Shown here in pieces: positions 17,581-25,971 of a stretch of 64,000 nt of DNA (position 1 is the stretch's first letter; each line of letters begins with the position of its first letter). Source of the DNA: a virus; IMG/VR virus record IMGVR_UViG_3300045988_075126, positions 64,001 to 128,000 of that record. One strand, 5' to 3'. Under the pieces are notes generated by a model. That model was given only the letters and a program-made list of their open reading frames with translations, ran no database searches and had not been told where the DNA came from. A program made the position numbers and the translations under genes.

Positions 17581-17880
17581 ATGGATAAGAATTTGAAGGA
17601 TGCTCTTTACGTTGAGCATGATGGCAAGATTGGCGTTTTAAGCTCAGATGAGCGCAAGGTGGTATCACAGGTTATCGGTACGGATTTGACGCTTGTGTAC
17701 GACAAGAAAGAGGGTGATACATACCTTTTGATACCATTGACCCGAAACCACAAGTTCGAGTGCAAAGGTAGCCACATTATCGTGGATGGAAAGCGGTTCG
17801 ATTCTGACATCTTTTTCCGCAAGGATGCTTGCCAATGGATTCAGATGCAATCTAAAGAAATGCTATCAATGGTAGCGTAA
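17581..17880 (+). CDS. conserved phage protein, paralog of 3784..4080
   Basis: Full-length aa similarity; ATG 17581 chosen by alignment. Confidence 0.65.
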   Translation: MDKNLKDALYVEHDGKIGVLSSDERKVVSQVIGTDLTLVYDKKEGDTYLLIPLTRNHKFECKGSHIIVDGKRFDSDIFFRKDACQWIQMQSKEMLSMVA

Positions 17881-17890
17881 CAATATATAA

Positions 17891-17916
17891 GGTGAGGCAC
17901 ACCGAAACAACTGCAC
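17891..17916 (+). promoter_or_regulatory. leader element L4 (GGTG-aggca-CACC + GAAACAACTGCAC)
   Basis: Directly after stop 17880; followed by TAtcTTTG-like box 17919-17926. Confidence 0.45.
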
Positions 17917-17953
17917 ATTATCTTTGATGTTTAACAATTAAATTCCGTGAGCA

Positions 17954-18031
17954 ATGGAAAGAAGAAGTAATGTGCAGCATCGTGCCACAATGGTTGGTCG
18001 TGCTGGCGAGGACAGAAGTCCTCCAAAGTAA
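17954..18031 (+). CDS. possible 25-aa Arg-rich peptide
   Basis: ATG..TAA read by eye (MERRSNVQHRATMVGRAGEDRSPPK*); may be non-coding. Confidence 0.2.
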   Translation: MERRSNVQHRATMVGRAGEDRSPPK

Positions 18032-18067
18032 AACAAACGTTAATGTTTTAAACAAAACACTAAAGCG

Positions 18068-18099
18068 TTTGCAAGTTAAAGAAAATAGCATTAACTTTG
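18068..18099 (+). promoter_or_regulatory. Bacteroidetes-type promoter (TTTG-20-TAacTTTG)
   Basis: Shares upstream ACACTAAA motif with other promoters. Confidence 0.6.
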
Positions 18100-18104
18100 C
18101 AGCC

Positions 18105-18290
18105 GAAATAACAAGGTTGTGAAGTAAGGCGCACGACTGACTGACATTTGAACAATTTTACAAAATAAATATTTTCATTAGCTCCAAGCGTGGAGCTTCG
18201 TCATTCCGTTCATCGCCTTACATAAGTGGACGGTTGACACAAGCCCTGTCCGCTCTTACCACATTAGCGGATGGGGCTTTTCGTTTCCAC
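18105..18290 (+). ncRNA. long structured leader or small RNA ending in intrinsic terminator
   Basis: No ORF; hairpin AGCTCCA-agcg-TGGAGCT 18180-18197; terminator-like stem 18241-18279 + TTTTCGTTT. Confidence 0.35.
18241..18286 (+). terminator. terminator/attenuator hairpin upstream of antirepressor gene
   Basis: AAGCCC.TGTCCGC..GCGGA..GGGCTT then TTTTCGTTT. Confidence 0.5.
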
Positions 18291-18331
18291 CACAGCCAAA
18301 TATAATTATTAACAATTTAAATTTTAGGTAA

Positions 18332-19210
18332 ATGACATTAGAATTTAACAAAACTGATGTAAATGTAGAGGCTTTACCAGTAGTCTCAGAGTTCCTTAAC
18401 AATGAAAAGAGAGGTATTGAAGTTGTAGAGATTATCGAGCATGACGGCAAACAAGCCGTGAACGCAAGGGAGCTGCACCAAAAGTTGGGCAGTAAGCAAG
18501 ACTTTTCAACATGGATTAAAAATCGCATAGAAAAGTATGGATTCGTTGAAAATCAAGATTTTGAAGTTTTCCACAAAATTATGGAAAACTCAAATGGTGG
18601 TCGAAGTCGTATTGAGTATGCCTTATCTTTGGATATGGCAAAGGAGTTGTGTATGATTGAGAACAATGAGCAAGGTAGATTGTTCCGTAAGTACTTCATC
18701 GAAGTCGAGAAAGCTGCCAGAGTCAAGTACGAGCAGGAGAAGCTGGACAAGAAGGCTTCCGATTCCTTTGACATCAAGCTGAAGTGGTTGAACTTTCTTC
18801 CTGGTTATCTGAACCTCAGCGATGTTTCCAAATTGGCGATGGCTAAGAAAATTGCTGAACCATTAGGGTTGCCGACACCTGATTATGTGAGCGCACCGAA
18901 TGGTGCAAAGCATTCCGCTACGGAGTTATTGAAATCTCATGGTGTAGGCTTGTCTGCTCGAAAGTTCAATGAGTTGGCGGTAAAGGCAGGATTATTGAAA
19001 CTAAAAGAGCGCAAGGGTACGAACAAGGTACACAAGTATTGTGAGATTACCAAGAAAGGATTGGCTTATGGTGAGAACGACATCAACGAGAAGAATATGA
19101 ATCAAACACAACCACATTGGTATGATTCTAAATTTGGGGAGGTATTGGAAATCATCGGCTACAAGTCTTCCAGGCAAGTAGATATGTTTGCAAGCGGTGA
19201 GACACACTAA
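18332..19210 (+). CDS. phage antirepressor (AntA-like N-term, KilAC/ANT-like C-term)
   Basis: NARELHQKLGSKQDFSTWIKNRIEKYGFVENQDF signature. Confidence 0.7.
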   Translation: MTLEFNKTDVNVEALPVVSEFLNNEKRGIEVVEIIEHDGKQAVNARELHQKLGSKQDFSTWIKNRIEKYGFVENQDFEVFHKIMENSNGGRSRIEYALSLDMAKELCMIENNEQGRLFRKYFIEVEKAARVKYEQEKLDKKASDSFDIKLKWLNFLPGYLNLSDVSKLAMAKKIAEPLGLPTPDYVSAPNGAKHSATELLKSHGVGLSARKFNELAVKAGLLKLKERKGTNKVHKYCEITKKGLAYGENDINEKNMNQTQPHWYDSKFGEVLEIIGYKSSRQVDMFASGETH

Positions 19211-19242
19211 GACAACTGTAGTAATATTGATATATAATCGAG

Positions 19243-19280
19243 AAGGAGGGGAATGCGTGATGCACTCTCCTCTTTTTTTT
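19243..19280 (+). terminator. rho-independent terminator
   Basis: Imperfect GC hairpin followed by T8. Confidence 0.6.
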
Positions 19281-19339
19281 ATGGTGATAGTTTTTGTTTT
19301 TCACAATATAGATAAGTGTTGTTAAACTGAGTGCTAATT

Positions 19340-19371
19340 TTTGGTAGAGTGGAATATAATAGCTATCTTTG
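19340..19371 (+). promoter_or_regulatory. Bacteroidetes-type promoter (TTTG-20-TAtcTTTG)
   Basis: Upstream of thyX. Confidence 0.55.
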
Positions 19372-19398
19372 TGGTCGAATATTAAAACTTATAAGGAT

Positions 19399-20295
19399 AT
19401 GAAGATATTAGAACCGAAATACGAAATCCTATCCCAAGGTGAGGGTATGGATGGAGTTTACAAGCAGATAGAGCTATGTGGTCGCACTTGCTATGCGTCA
19501 ACTATGAAGATAGACAAAGACAGCGCAAAGCCTTTCGTTGAGCGTATGATGAACTCAACGCACTATGCTGTGTTGGAGCATGGAACAATCTATCTCCATG
19601 TTGCTTACGATAACGAGTTCTTTGTACCGGAGTCTTTATTGGTCAAGCACTATCGTGAGAACAAGTATTCCAAGGTGATGCAGATAGGTAACGATTACTA
19701 TATTACGACCAACTACAGAGTGATAGTAGAGAATGAATGGTTTGATGATTTGGACTATATCTGCGAGCCTACGGAATGGCATGAGAAGCGAATAACCGTC
19801 CGCTTTACTACTCAGATTGCGGTAAGTAGAGAGGCTAACAGACATCGTGTAGATTCCGTAGCGGAACAAAGCACCCGATATTGCAACTATAGTAAAGATA
19901 AGTTCGGAGGAGAGATTGCTATCAACAAGCCAAAGTGGGTTAGCGAAGATTATGCGGTTAATCCATCGTCTTTTGATGGTGGAACATTTGTTGACCTATC
20001 AAAGAACATCGGTAGTTATGAGCATTGGAGTCCGGTAGAAAAATGGTGGTTTGCCAATAGAGTATGTGAAATGATGTATTTGTCTTTGGTTAAGGATGAT
20101 GGTTTAAAGCCACAAGATGCGAGAACTATTCTTCCTCTTGATACCAACACGGAGTTGATTCATACCGCATTCGTGAGTGATTGGCTTCATTTCTTCGATT
20201 TGCGATCAAAAGGAACTACTGGAAAGCCTCATCCAGATATTGAGGTCTTGGCAACCCCATTGATGAATGAGTTCAAGGAACGAGGTTTGATTTAA
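19399..20295 (+). CDS. thyX: flavin-dependent thymidylate synthase ThyX
   Basis: ThyX signature RHRVDSVAEQSTRY (RHRxxSxxxxSxR); ATG 19399 in track ORF. Confidence 0.85.
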   Translation: MKILEPKYEILSQGEGMDGVYKQIELCGRTCYASTMKIDKDSAKPFVERMMNSTHYAVLEHGTIYLHVAYDNEFFVPESLLVKHYRENKYSKVMQIGNDYYITTNYRVIVENEWFDDLDYICEPTEWHEKRITVRFTTQIAVSREANRHRVDSVAEQSTRYCNYSKDKFGGEIAINKPKWVSEDYAVNPSSFDGGTFVDLSKNIGSYEHWSPVEKWWFANRVCEMMYLSLVKDDGLKPQDARTILPLDTNTELIHTAFVSDWLHFFDLRSKGTTGKPHPDIEVLATPLMNEFKERGLI

Positions 20296-20301
20296 TCGCT
20301 T

Positions 20302-20772
20302 ATGAAGAAGAAAGCCAAGCAAATAGCCAATGTGATGAGCAATGACTCTTTGGAGGTTGTTGCTCAGATGATTGTTGATGAGGCTAAAGGTGTGCGCTAT
20401 GAAGTGTATGCTGATGGCTCTAGTAAGAACAACAAGTGTGGTTGCGGTTGGCTTGTGCTTCATAAGGGAGCGATTATCAATAGTGGGAAATATACATTTA
20501 TCACAGCCAAAGTGAACGATTCGGTGAGAGCCGAAATAAGGGCGGTCATTCAAGCATTGGGTGATTGCCCTCCTTTGTGTTCTGTTGATGTATATGTGGA
20601 TTGCCAAGTGGCTATAGAGAGAATACAGGCTTGCAAGTTAGGAGACTTACAGCCTATATATAATAAGGTAGCGAAAGGCAAGGTGATAAGATACCATTGG
20701 GTTAAGGCTCATAGAGGTAATATGTATAACGAAATGGTGGATTCTTTGGCTTTTTCTGCTACAGAAAGTTAA
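20302..20772 (+). CDS. rnhA: ribonuclease HI
   Basis: DEDD residues in context: ADGSS, AEIRAV, VDCQ, WVKAHRGN..NEMVDSLA. Confidence 0.8.
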   Translation: MKKKAKQIANVMSNDSLEVVAQMIVDEAKGVRYEVYADGSSKNNKCGCGWLVLHKGAIINSGKYTFITAKVNDSVRAEIRAVIQALGDCPPLCSVDVYVDCQVAIERIQACKLGDLQPIYNKVAKGKVIRYHWVKAHRGNMYNEMVDSLAFSATES

Positions 20773-20827
20773 TTTTGTGCCTACATATATAATAAGCGTT
20801 AAAATATAAAAGAAATACATTAAATAA

Positions 20828-20869
20828 TTTGCATATTTCAATAATTCTTTGTATCTTTGCATCGTAATT
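20828..20869 (+). promoter_or_regulatory. Bacteroidetes-type promoter (TTTG-30-TAtcTTTG)
   Basis: Consensus boxes, but the 30-nt gap is longer than the usual 19-21 nt; upstream ACATTAAATAA motif. Confidence 0.65.
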
Positions 20870-20895
20870 AAGAAACAAGGTTACTAATTTTAAAA

Positions 20896-20919
20896 GGTGA
20901 GACACACCGTAAAAACTGT
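20896..20919 (+). promoter_or_regulatory. leader element L5 GGTGAGACACACCGTAAAAACTGT
   Basis: Stem GGTG/CACC, loop AGACA; 20 nt before ATG 20928. Confidence 0.55.
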
Positions 20920-20927
20920 GATTCGTT

Positions 20928-21149
20928 ATGAATACTAGATTGAGTAAGAAAGAGACAATGGTTTATGGCAACATCGGAGTGATGGCTGACGTAATCGGAG
21001 GTAATAAGTACTTCACTTTTGCAGATTTGTATGATTTCGATTTGGATAATACCAAGGATGAGTTGAAAGAAATATTAAATTCTTTGACCGAAAAGGGTTA
21101 TCTGAAGAGTTTTAATGATTTCGATAAAACTTATCGAGTTTTGAAGTAA
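20928..21149 (+). CDS. hypothetical protein
   Basis: ORF track. Confidence 0.55.
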   Translation: MNTRLSKKETMVYGNIGVMADVIGGNKYFTFADLYDFDLDNTKDELKEILNSLTEKGYLKSFNDFDKTYRVLK

Positions 21150-21195
21150 GAACAATAAAGGGGATATAAAATCCCCTTACATTATAAATTTAGAA

Positions 21196-21217
21196 CGTGA
21201 GACACACGTAAAACTGT
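21196..21217 (+). promoter_or_regulatory. leader element L6 CGTGAGACACACGTAAAACTGT
   Basis: Compensatory C-G closing pair; 19 nt before ATG 21227. Confidence 0.5.
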
Positions 21218-21226
21218 ATTGAAAAA

Positions 21227-21310
21227 ATGAAAAAGGTATTCACGATTGAGAATGCATTAACGCTTTTGTTTGCTCTTGAAATAGTATCATTAATATTTTT
21301 TCTAGGATAG
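21227..21310 (+). CDS. possible 27-aa hydrophobic peptide
   Basis: MKKVFTIENALTLLFALEIVSLIFFLG*, read by eye. Confidence 0.25.
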   Translation: MKKVFTIENALTLLFALEIVSLIFFLG

Positions 21311-21315
21311 GGCTT

Positions 21316-21534
21316 ATGCAGATTAAGTTTGGTAAGATAAAGTTTACTGCGGCTAAGTCTGAAAAAGGATGCCGTTTTGATGCTTGCTACAAAGGTGAGC
21401 ATGTGGCTTTTGAGAGTGAAGATATGTCTTTGTATGATGATGTCTTTTCTGCTAATAATAGAAGAGCAAAGGCTGCAAAGAGGGTGATTTACGAGAATAT
21501 AAAGCACAAGTATTATGAATGTCATAGAGATTAG
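21316..21534 (+). CDS. hypothetical protein
   Basis: ORF track; antisense ORFs rejected on composition. Confidence 0.5.
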   Translation: MQIKFGKIKFTAAKSEKGCRFDACYKGEHVAFESEDMSLYDDVFSANNRRAKAAKRVIYENIKHKYYECHRD

Positions 21535-21949
21535 CGACTTTAACGCTGCTGATGAATTTGTTGTTGAGGCAATGATGCATGATGGCAAATTCAAGGTAAT
21601 AGGCAAGGTTATCACGGATAATAATCTTCTGAATGATGATGATTTGGAAACCATCTGGGATTATGCCAACTGGGAGACGAACGGCTATGAAAAGATGGTT
21701 GTCTCTAATGGAGTGTACAAAGGCTTGAAAGCATTCAGCGATGGGCGTTTGTTCTATGTTATCACAGATGATGAGACTGGAGTGGTAAACGACAATATCA
21801 TGGTACGTAAGCATTACGATGTCAACAATGGCTATTATATTAAGTCTTCAAGGTTACACAAGGAGCTATCCAAGGATTTGTGGTGCTTCGGTAGCCGTGA
21901 GACTATTGAGAACGAATATAAGTCTAACCCATTTATTTGTGGTAAGTGA
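21515..21949 (+). CDS. hypothetical protein
   Basis: ORF track. Confidence 0.6.
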   Translation: MNVIEISDFNAADEFVVEAMMHDGKFKVIGKVITDNNLLNDDDLETIWDYANWETNGYEKMVVSNGVYKGLKAFSDGRLFYVITDDETGVVNDNIMVRKHYDVNNGYYIKSSRLHKELSKDLWCFGSRETIENEYKSNPFICGK

Positions 21950-22203
21950 TGGCAAAAAAGATTAATCATGTTAAGCCTTCATTTATTGAAGGCGGTGAAG
22001 TCTGGCATGATATTGATAAGTTCCCGATGCTAGACCATACAATTCTAGTAGAGTTGCAGGTAAAAGGCTCAGACGGATTGATTTACCGGACGCAAGATGT
22101 ATGTGTTGAGCGTGCGGATAGGTTCGTACCTACGATGTCTTTTGTTCCTAAGCGTTGGGCGTACGCAATAGACTTAGCTCAATGTAAGCAACTTGAAGGA
22201 TAA
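21949..22203 (+). CDS. hypothetical protein
   Basis: ATG overlaps upstream TGA (GTGATGG). Confidence 0.55.
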   Translation: MAKKINHVKPSFIEGGEVWHDIDKFPMLDHTILVELQVKGSDGLIYRTQDVCVERADRFVPTMSFVPKRWAYAIDLAQCKQLEG

Positions 22204-22232
22204 AAACAAAATACAAAATTAAGAATTAGCAT

Positions 22233-22583
22233 ATGGAAGAATCAAGAGGTGTTTACACATTACCTGTCTTGTATAATGAACAAAGTGGTAGAAATGAAGG
22301 TGTATGTGTTAGAAGTGAACTTGGAGTAGTTGTTGCAATTGACAATGAAGATGAGTTTAAAGGTGTTTTTTCAAAGGATGGTGAGATTGATGTATTCAAG
22401 CAGTTACTATCACAAGAAGTGTATCGTTTCAACACAGAACACCATGCATTCCCAACTGAACCTTTGATTTCTTACAAGATGGATGGCGACATTATCTTTG
22501 ATTTCGTTGAAGTAACAATCGGAAAGATGTATGGCGGTTATGTTTATATCGTGCATTACAACTTTGCAAGCACGGCATCATAA
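22233..22583 (+). CDS. hypothetical protein
   Basis: ORF track. Confidence 0.55.
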   Translation: MEESRGVYTLPVLYNEQSGRNEGVCVRSELGVVVAIDNEDEFKGVFSKDGEIDVFKQLLSQEVYRFNTEHHAFPTEPLISYKMDGDIIFDFVEVTIGKMYGGYVYIVHYNFASTAS

Positions 22584-22598
22584 TAAACAAGTTTGATT

Positions 22599-22733
22599 AT
22601 GACAATAGTAAGAGAAAGATTAAAAATTGTGGCTCAGATTGAGGTGCTGGAAGATATTGCTATTGATTATAGGGGAAAGACTATAGATAACATCATCCAA
22701 CAGCTAGAAGCGAGGTTGACTGCGTTGAAGTAA
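22599..22733 (+). CDS. small hypothetical protein (44 aa)
   Basis: Fills gap; read by eye (MTIVRERLKIVAQIEVLED..). Confidence 0.35.
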   Translation: MTIVRERLKIVAQIEVLEDIAIDYRGKTIDNIIQQLEARLTALK

Positions 22734-22757
22734 GTTCAAGTTTGAAATTAAAAGTCT

Positions 22758-23114
22758 ATGAGTGGAGGACGTTTTGATTATGCTCAGTATAGGATTGCTG
22801 ACATATATACAAAGATAGAAGATTATGTTGATGGTCATCCGTTGGATGAGGAAGACGAAAGATGCTTTCTCGAAGACCGATGGTTAGAAGAGGATGAAGA
22901 CAAGTATGTTAGAAAACATCATCATACGATGCCTAATAGATATGGCTTATCTAAAAAGACTATCAAGGAATTCAAAAAGGGTATTGAACTTCTGAAGAAA
23001 GCTCAGGTTTATGCCCAAAGAATTGATTGGCTTCTTTCCGGTGATGATGGAGAAGATAATTTCCATCTACGTTTGAAAGAGGATTTGGCAAATTTAAAAA
23101 GTAAGAAAGGATAG
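22758..23114 (+). CDS. hypothetical protein
   Basis: ORF track. Confidence 0.55.
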   Translation: MSGGRFDYAQYRIADIYTKIEDYVDGHPLDEEDERCFLEDRWLEEDEDKYVRKHHHTMPNRYGLSKKTIKEFKKGIELLKKAQVYAQRIDWLLSGDDGEDNFHLRLKEDLANLKSKKG

Positions 23115-23117
23115 ATT

Positions 23118-23615
23118 ATGAGTTGGAATTATCGCTTAGATACACCTATGATGCAATTAGCTGAAGAGGTGAACAAGAAATATGATACTGATGCAGGTAA
23201 GATGCTTCTTTGCACTTATCTCTTCATGGTATCAAGTGAAGAGGTCAAGGATAAGAAGGCATTCTTCGATTGGGTAGAAGAATTGAGTAAGTCTAGCAAG
23301 TGTGATGCGGTAAGGGAGTACGTGAAAATCAACGGAAAAGCCGATTGGCTGCATGGTGGATTCAGTAAGCCGATTTACCGACACTATAAGGGCAATTTCT
23401 ATGAGTACCTTGGTGAGGTTACTGATAGCGAGACTTCTGAAGCTAAGGTTGCATATCAAGCAGTGTGCGGACAGCATGAGGTTTGGGTACGACCAAAGGA
23501 AATGTTCTTTGGAAATGTTGAGGTTGATGGTAAGTCAGTTCCTCGATTTGATAAGGTAGATTTAAAAGACTTAGAGAAACAAACCGAGAAGAGCAATGGA
23601 CAGAAAAAAGATTAA
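23118..23615 (+). CDS. DUF1653-like domain protein
   Basis: YRHYKGNFYEYLGEV..SE..VAYQAV..EVWVRPKEMF resembles DUF1653 (memory). Confidence 0.6.
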   Translation: MSWNYRLDTPMMQLAEEVNKKYDTDAGKMLLCTYLFMVSSEEVKDKKAFFDWVEELSKSSKCDAVREYVKINGKADWLHGGFSKPIYRHYKGNFYEYLGEVTDSETSEAKVAYQAVCGQHEVWVRPKEMFFGNVEVDGKSVPRFDKVDLKDLEKQTEKSNGQKKD

Positions 23616-23922
23616 GAGCTTGTTAGGTCTAGCAATCTTGCGAGTGAATGAAGTCGTACCAGATTTCGAAGACTTGGATAAGGTTCTTCCTTTGCTAGAA
23701 CAAGCATATGATGAAGCGGATAAGTCGGATTGGATTTCTGTAAAGGAGCGTTTGCCGGAGTTTGAAGAAGAAGTTCTTGTTACTAATGAAGAGAATAAGG
23801 AAATTTGGTTTTGTCATCGAAGTAATAACCCGTCAGTAATAACCGCAGAGTATAAGTTTTGTAATTACATGTTGATGCCAGTAACGCATTGGCAAGATAT
23901 TAAAAAGTTGGATAATGGCTAA
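23596..23922 (+). CDS. DUF551-like protein
   Basis: WISVKERLPE..EVLV signature. Confidence 0.6.
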   Translation: MDRKKIKSLLGLAILRVNEVVPDFEDLDKVLPLLEQAYDEADKSDWISVKERLPEFEEEVLVTNEENKEIWFCHRSNNPSVITAEYKFCNYMLMPVTHWQDIKKLDNG

Positions 23923-24448
23923 TAAACAGACGATAAAACCAAAGGTAGTTCCCTTTGAGATAGCCAAGTTTCTGAAGGAGGTTGGCTATGATGAGAAGAT
24001 AGCCGAATTTTGGGCTTATGCCAGCCCTTGGACAGCAAAGGGTGGTGTTCGTAAGGGTGGAAAATATAGTGAGCATTATGGCAGTTATATTGCTTACTCA
24101 AATTCCGAGTGGGAGAAATCCAATATTGAGTTTTCTGCTGCCTTAAAGTTGAATAGTAAGCATCCGGCAATATCCGCTCCAAGCTATGATATGGTGTTAG
24201 ATTGGCTTTTAGAGCATTTCGGTTACTATATTTGTGTTGCAAACATTTCGAAAGGTAAGTTTTGTTGGCAAACTACATCATGGTGTGTAGAGGAAGGCTT
24301 GTGTCATACGGATGGTAAGGAATATTCCAGTAGATACGAGGCAATGGATGCCGCTTTCAAGAGTATCTTAAAGGCTCGCATTGAGAATAAAGATAACGAG
24401 GTAATCAAAAGACTTTCGGAGGAAATACAAGATGGAAAGACTTTATGA
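23915..24448 (+). CDS. hypothetical protein
   Basis: ORF track. Confidence 0.55.
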   Translation: MANKQTIKPKVVPFEIAKFLKEVGYDEKIAEFWAYASPWTAKGGVRKGGKYSEHYGSYIAYSNSEWEKSNIEFSAALKLNSKHPAISAPSYDMVLDWLLEHFGYYICVANISKGKFCWQTTSWCVEEGLCHTDGKEYSSRYEAMDAAFKSILKARIENKDNEVIKRLSEEIQDGKTL

Positions 24449-24767
24449 TACTTTTGTACACGCAATAATGATGAAGTTAGAAGCTCGTTTATGTTCTGAA
24501 CTCGAATGTGTTTATAAGAATATAACAAACAAAATTGTTGAGAAGAAAGGTAAACTCACCAACGAAGACGTAATTGAGTTTCAGAAAAAACTACAGGAGG
24601 TGTACGACACGGATGCTGATATTCGTGAACAGATTATTGGTATTAAAGATTCCAAGAAGTGCATCTTAACTAAAGAAGCATGTGAAGAGTTAATAAAGAG
24701 ACTTAGCGTGATTAATATAAAAGAAGATGAACAAGCAAAGAATGATAGAGTGGGTATCCACTTGTGA
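24432..24767 (+). CDS. hypothetical protein
   Basis: ORF track. Confidence 0.5.
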   Translation: MERLYDTFVHAIMMKLEARLCSELECVYKNITNKIVEKKGKLTNEDVIEFQKKLQEVYDTDADIREQIIGIKDSKKCILTKEACEELIKRLSVINIKEDEQAKNDRVGIHL

Positions 24768-25101
24768 TACAGGTATCTCTTCAATGACTATGTGGAGTGC
24801 ATTGATGGGTGTAAAGCGAAAGAAAGATTTGAATATTCCTAAAGACAATAGTGACTTCCGTAGATGCTATGACATGGTAGAATACGGACACGTAACCTTG
24901 GATGAGCTACAGGTTGTAAAGAAGCAATATTCTTGGTTTGCTCCTTTTGTTGATAACTGGAAGGAATTGTCTCTTTTGTTTGAAGAAGAGCTGGCAAACG
25001 CTTGTATATGCGTATTCGTCAGCTATGTGAAGAGTCAGATGCTATCCGGTATGAGAAAAAGGGAGAACTTTATTATGAGAGGAATTTTTGGTATAATATA
25101 A
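24727..25101 (+). CDS. hypothetical protein
   Basis: ORF track. Confidence 0.5.
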   Translation: MNKQRMIEWVSTCDTGISSMTMWSALMGVKRKKDLNIPKDNSDFRRCYDMVEYGHVTLDELQVVKKQYSWFAPFVDNWKELSLLFEEELANACICVFVSYVKSQMLSGMRKRENFIMRGIFGII

Positions 25102-25120
25102 CACAATAATCAAATTAAGA

Positions 25121-25945
25121 ATGAAGAAAATTATCTTAATGTTTTGTTTTGCGATACTCGGCATGAGTGCGCTTACAAGTTGTCATTCGGTTTCTCCCGA
25201 TGCAGACGAAGAAGCCGTAATCGTAAAGAAGCCTTGGTTTATTGGGCATGGAGGTGTTGAACAGCAAGCAGTGCAGACTGGTCTCACTTGGTGTTGGTGG
25301 TCAACGAGTGGTTATTACTTCAAGATTGTTCCAGTCCGTCATGAGATTACCTTAGATGATTTGTTTAGTGACGATAACACGCCACTTGACTTCCATACTG
25401 TAATCATTACTCAGATTGAGCAAGGCAAGTCCCCAATTCTTTTGCAGAATTATGGAGAGAAATGGTTTGATACTAATCTCAACAATTATTTCTGCAATCT
25501 GGTTCGAGACCATATTTCTCAGCATTCCCCATTTGACTTGATGTCGAATCGGCAAGTGCTTAATCAGATTGACACCAAGATACGCAAGCAGATGCAGGAC
25601 TATGTGAATGCTCTATCAAAGAAAAAGCAGATGCCTATCATCATAAAGGAGGTTATCATTGGTAAAGCTACACCAAACAAGGAACAGCTTAATGAAATGA
25701 ACCGCACGGCAAAGGTCGTGCAAGCCAAGCAGACACAAGAACGTGAATATGAAGTGCAGATAGCAAGAGAAAAGGCTGAGCGACAAAAGGCAAAGGCAGA
25801 TAAGGCATATATGGAAGAAATGAACCTTTCCGCTGGTCAGTTTATCAACCTTAAGTGGATTGAAACAGTAGCAAATAAGCAAGGAGCAAATATTGATGTT
25901 ATGGTTGGCCCTGCTGAAAGCATGTGGAATATAAGACGCAATTAA
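25121..25945 (+). CDS. SPFH/band-7-like lipoprotein
   Basis: Lipobox ALTSC; beta-rich core then charged coiled coil QTQEREYEVQIAREKAERQKAKADKA typical of SPFH proteins. Confidence 0.55.
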   Translation: MKKIILMFCFAILGMSALTSCHSVSPDADEEAVIVKKPWFIGHGGVEQQAVQTGLTWCWWSTSGYYFKIVPVRHEITLDDLFSDDNTPLDFHTVIITQIEQGKSPILLQNYGEKWFDTNLNNYFCNLVRDHISQHSPFDLMSNRQVLNQIDTKIRKQMQDYVNALSKKKQMPIIIKEVIIGKATPNKEQLNEMNRTAKVVQAKQTQEREYEVQIAREKAERQKAKADKAYMEEMNLSAGQFINLKWIETVANKQGANIDVMVGPAESMWNIRRN

Positions 25946-25971
25946 TTAATTTATAAATCAAGTAAACAGAA

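Larger units (their letters stand above)
20798..20919 (+). repeat. 122-nt promoter+leader cassette, copy 1 (about 95% identical to 41858-41979)
   Basis: Aligned by eye in register (offset 21060). Confidence 0.85.

Noticed and set aside
21190-21814. Minus-strand ORFs 21190..21654 and 21452..21814
   Set aside because: Their S/I/L-rich composition is typical of antisense frames. The + strand ORFs are compact, follow a leader element and fit the operon direction.
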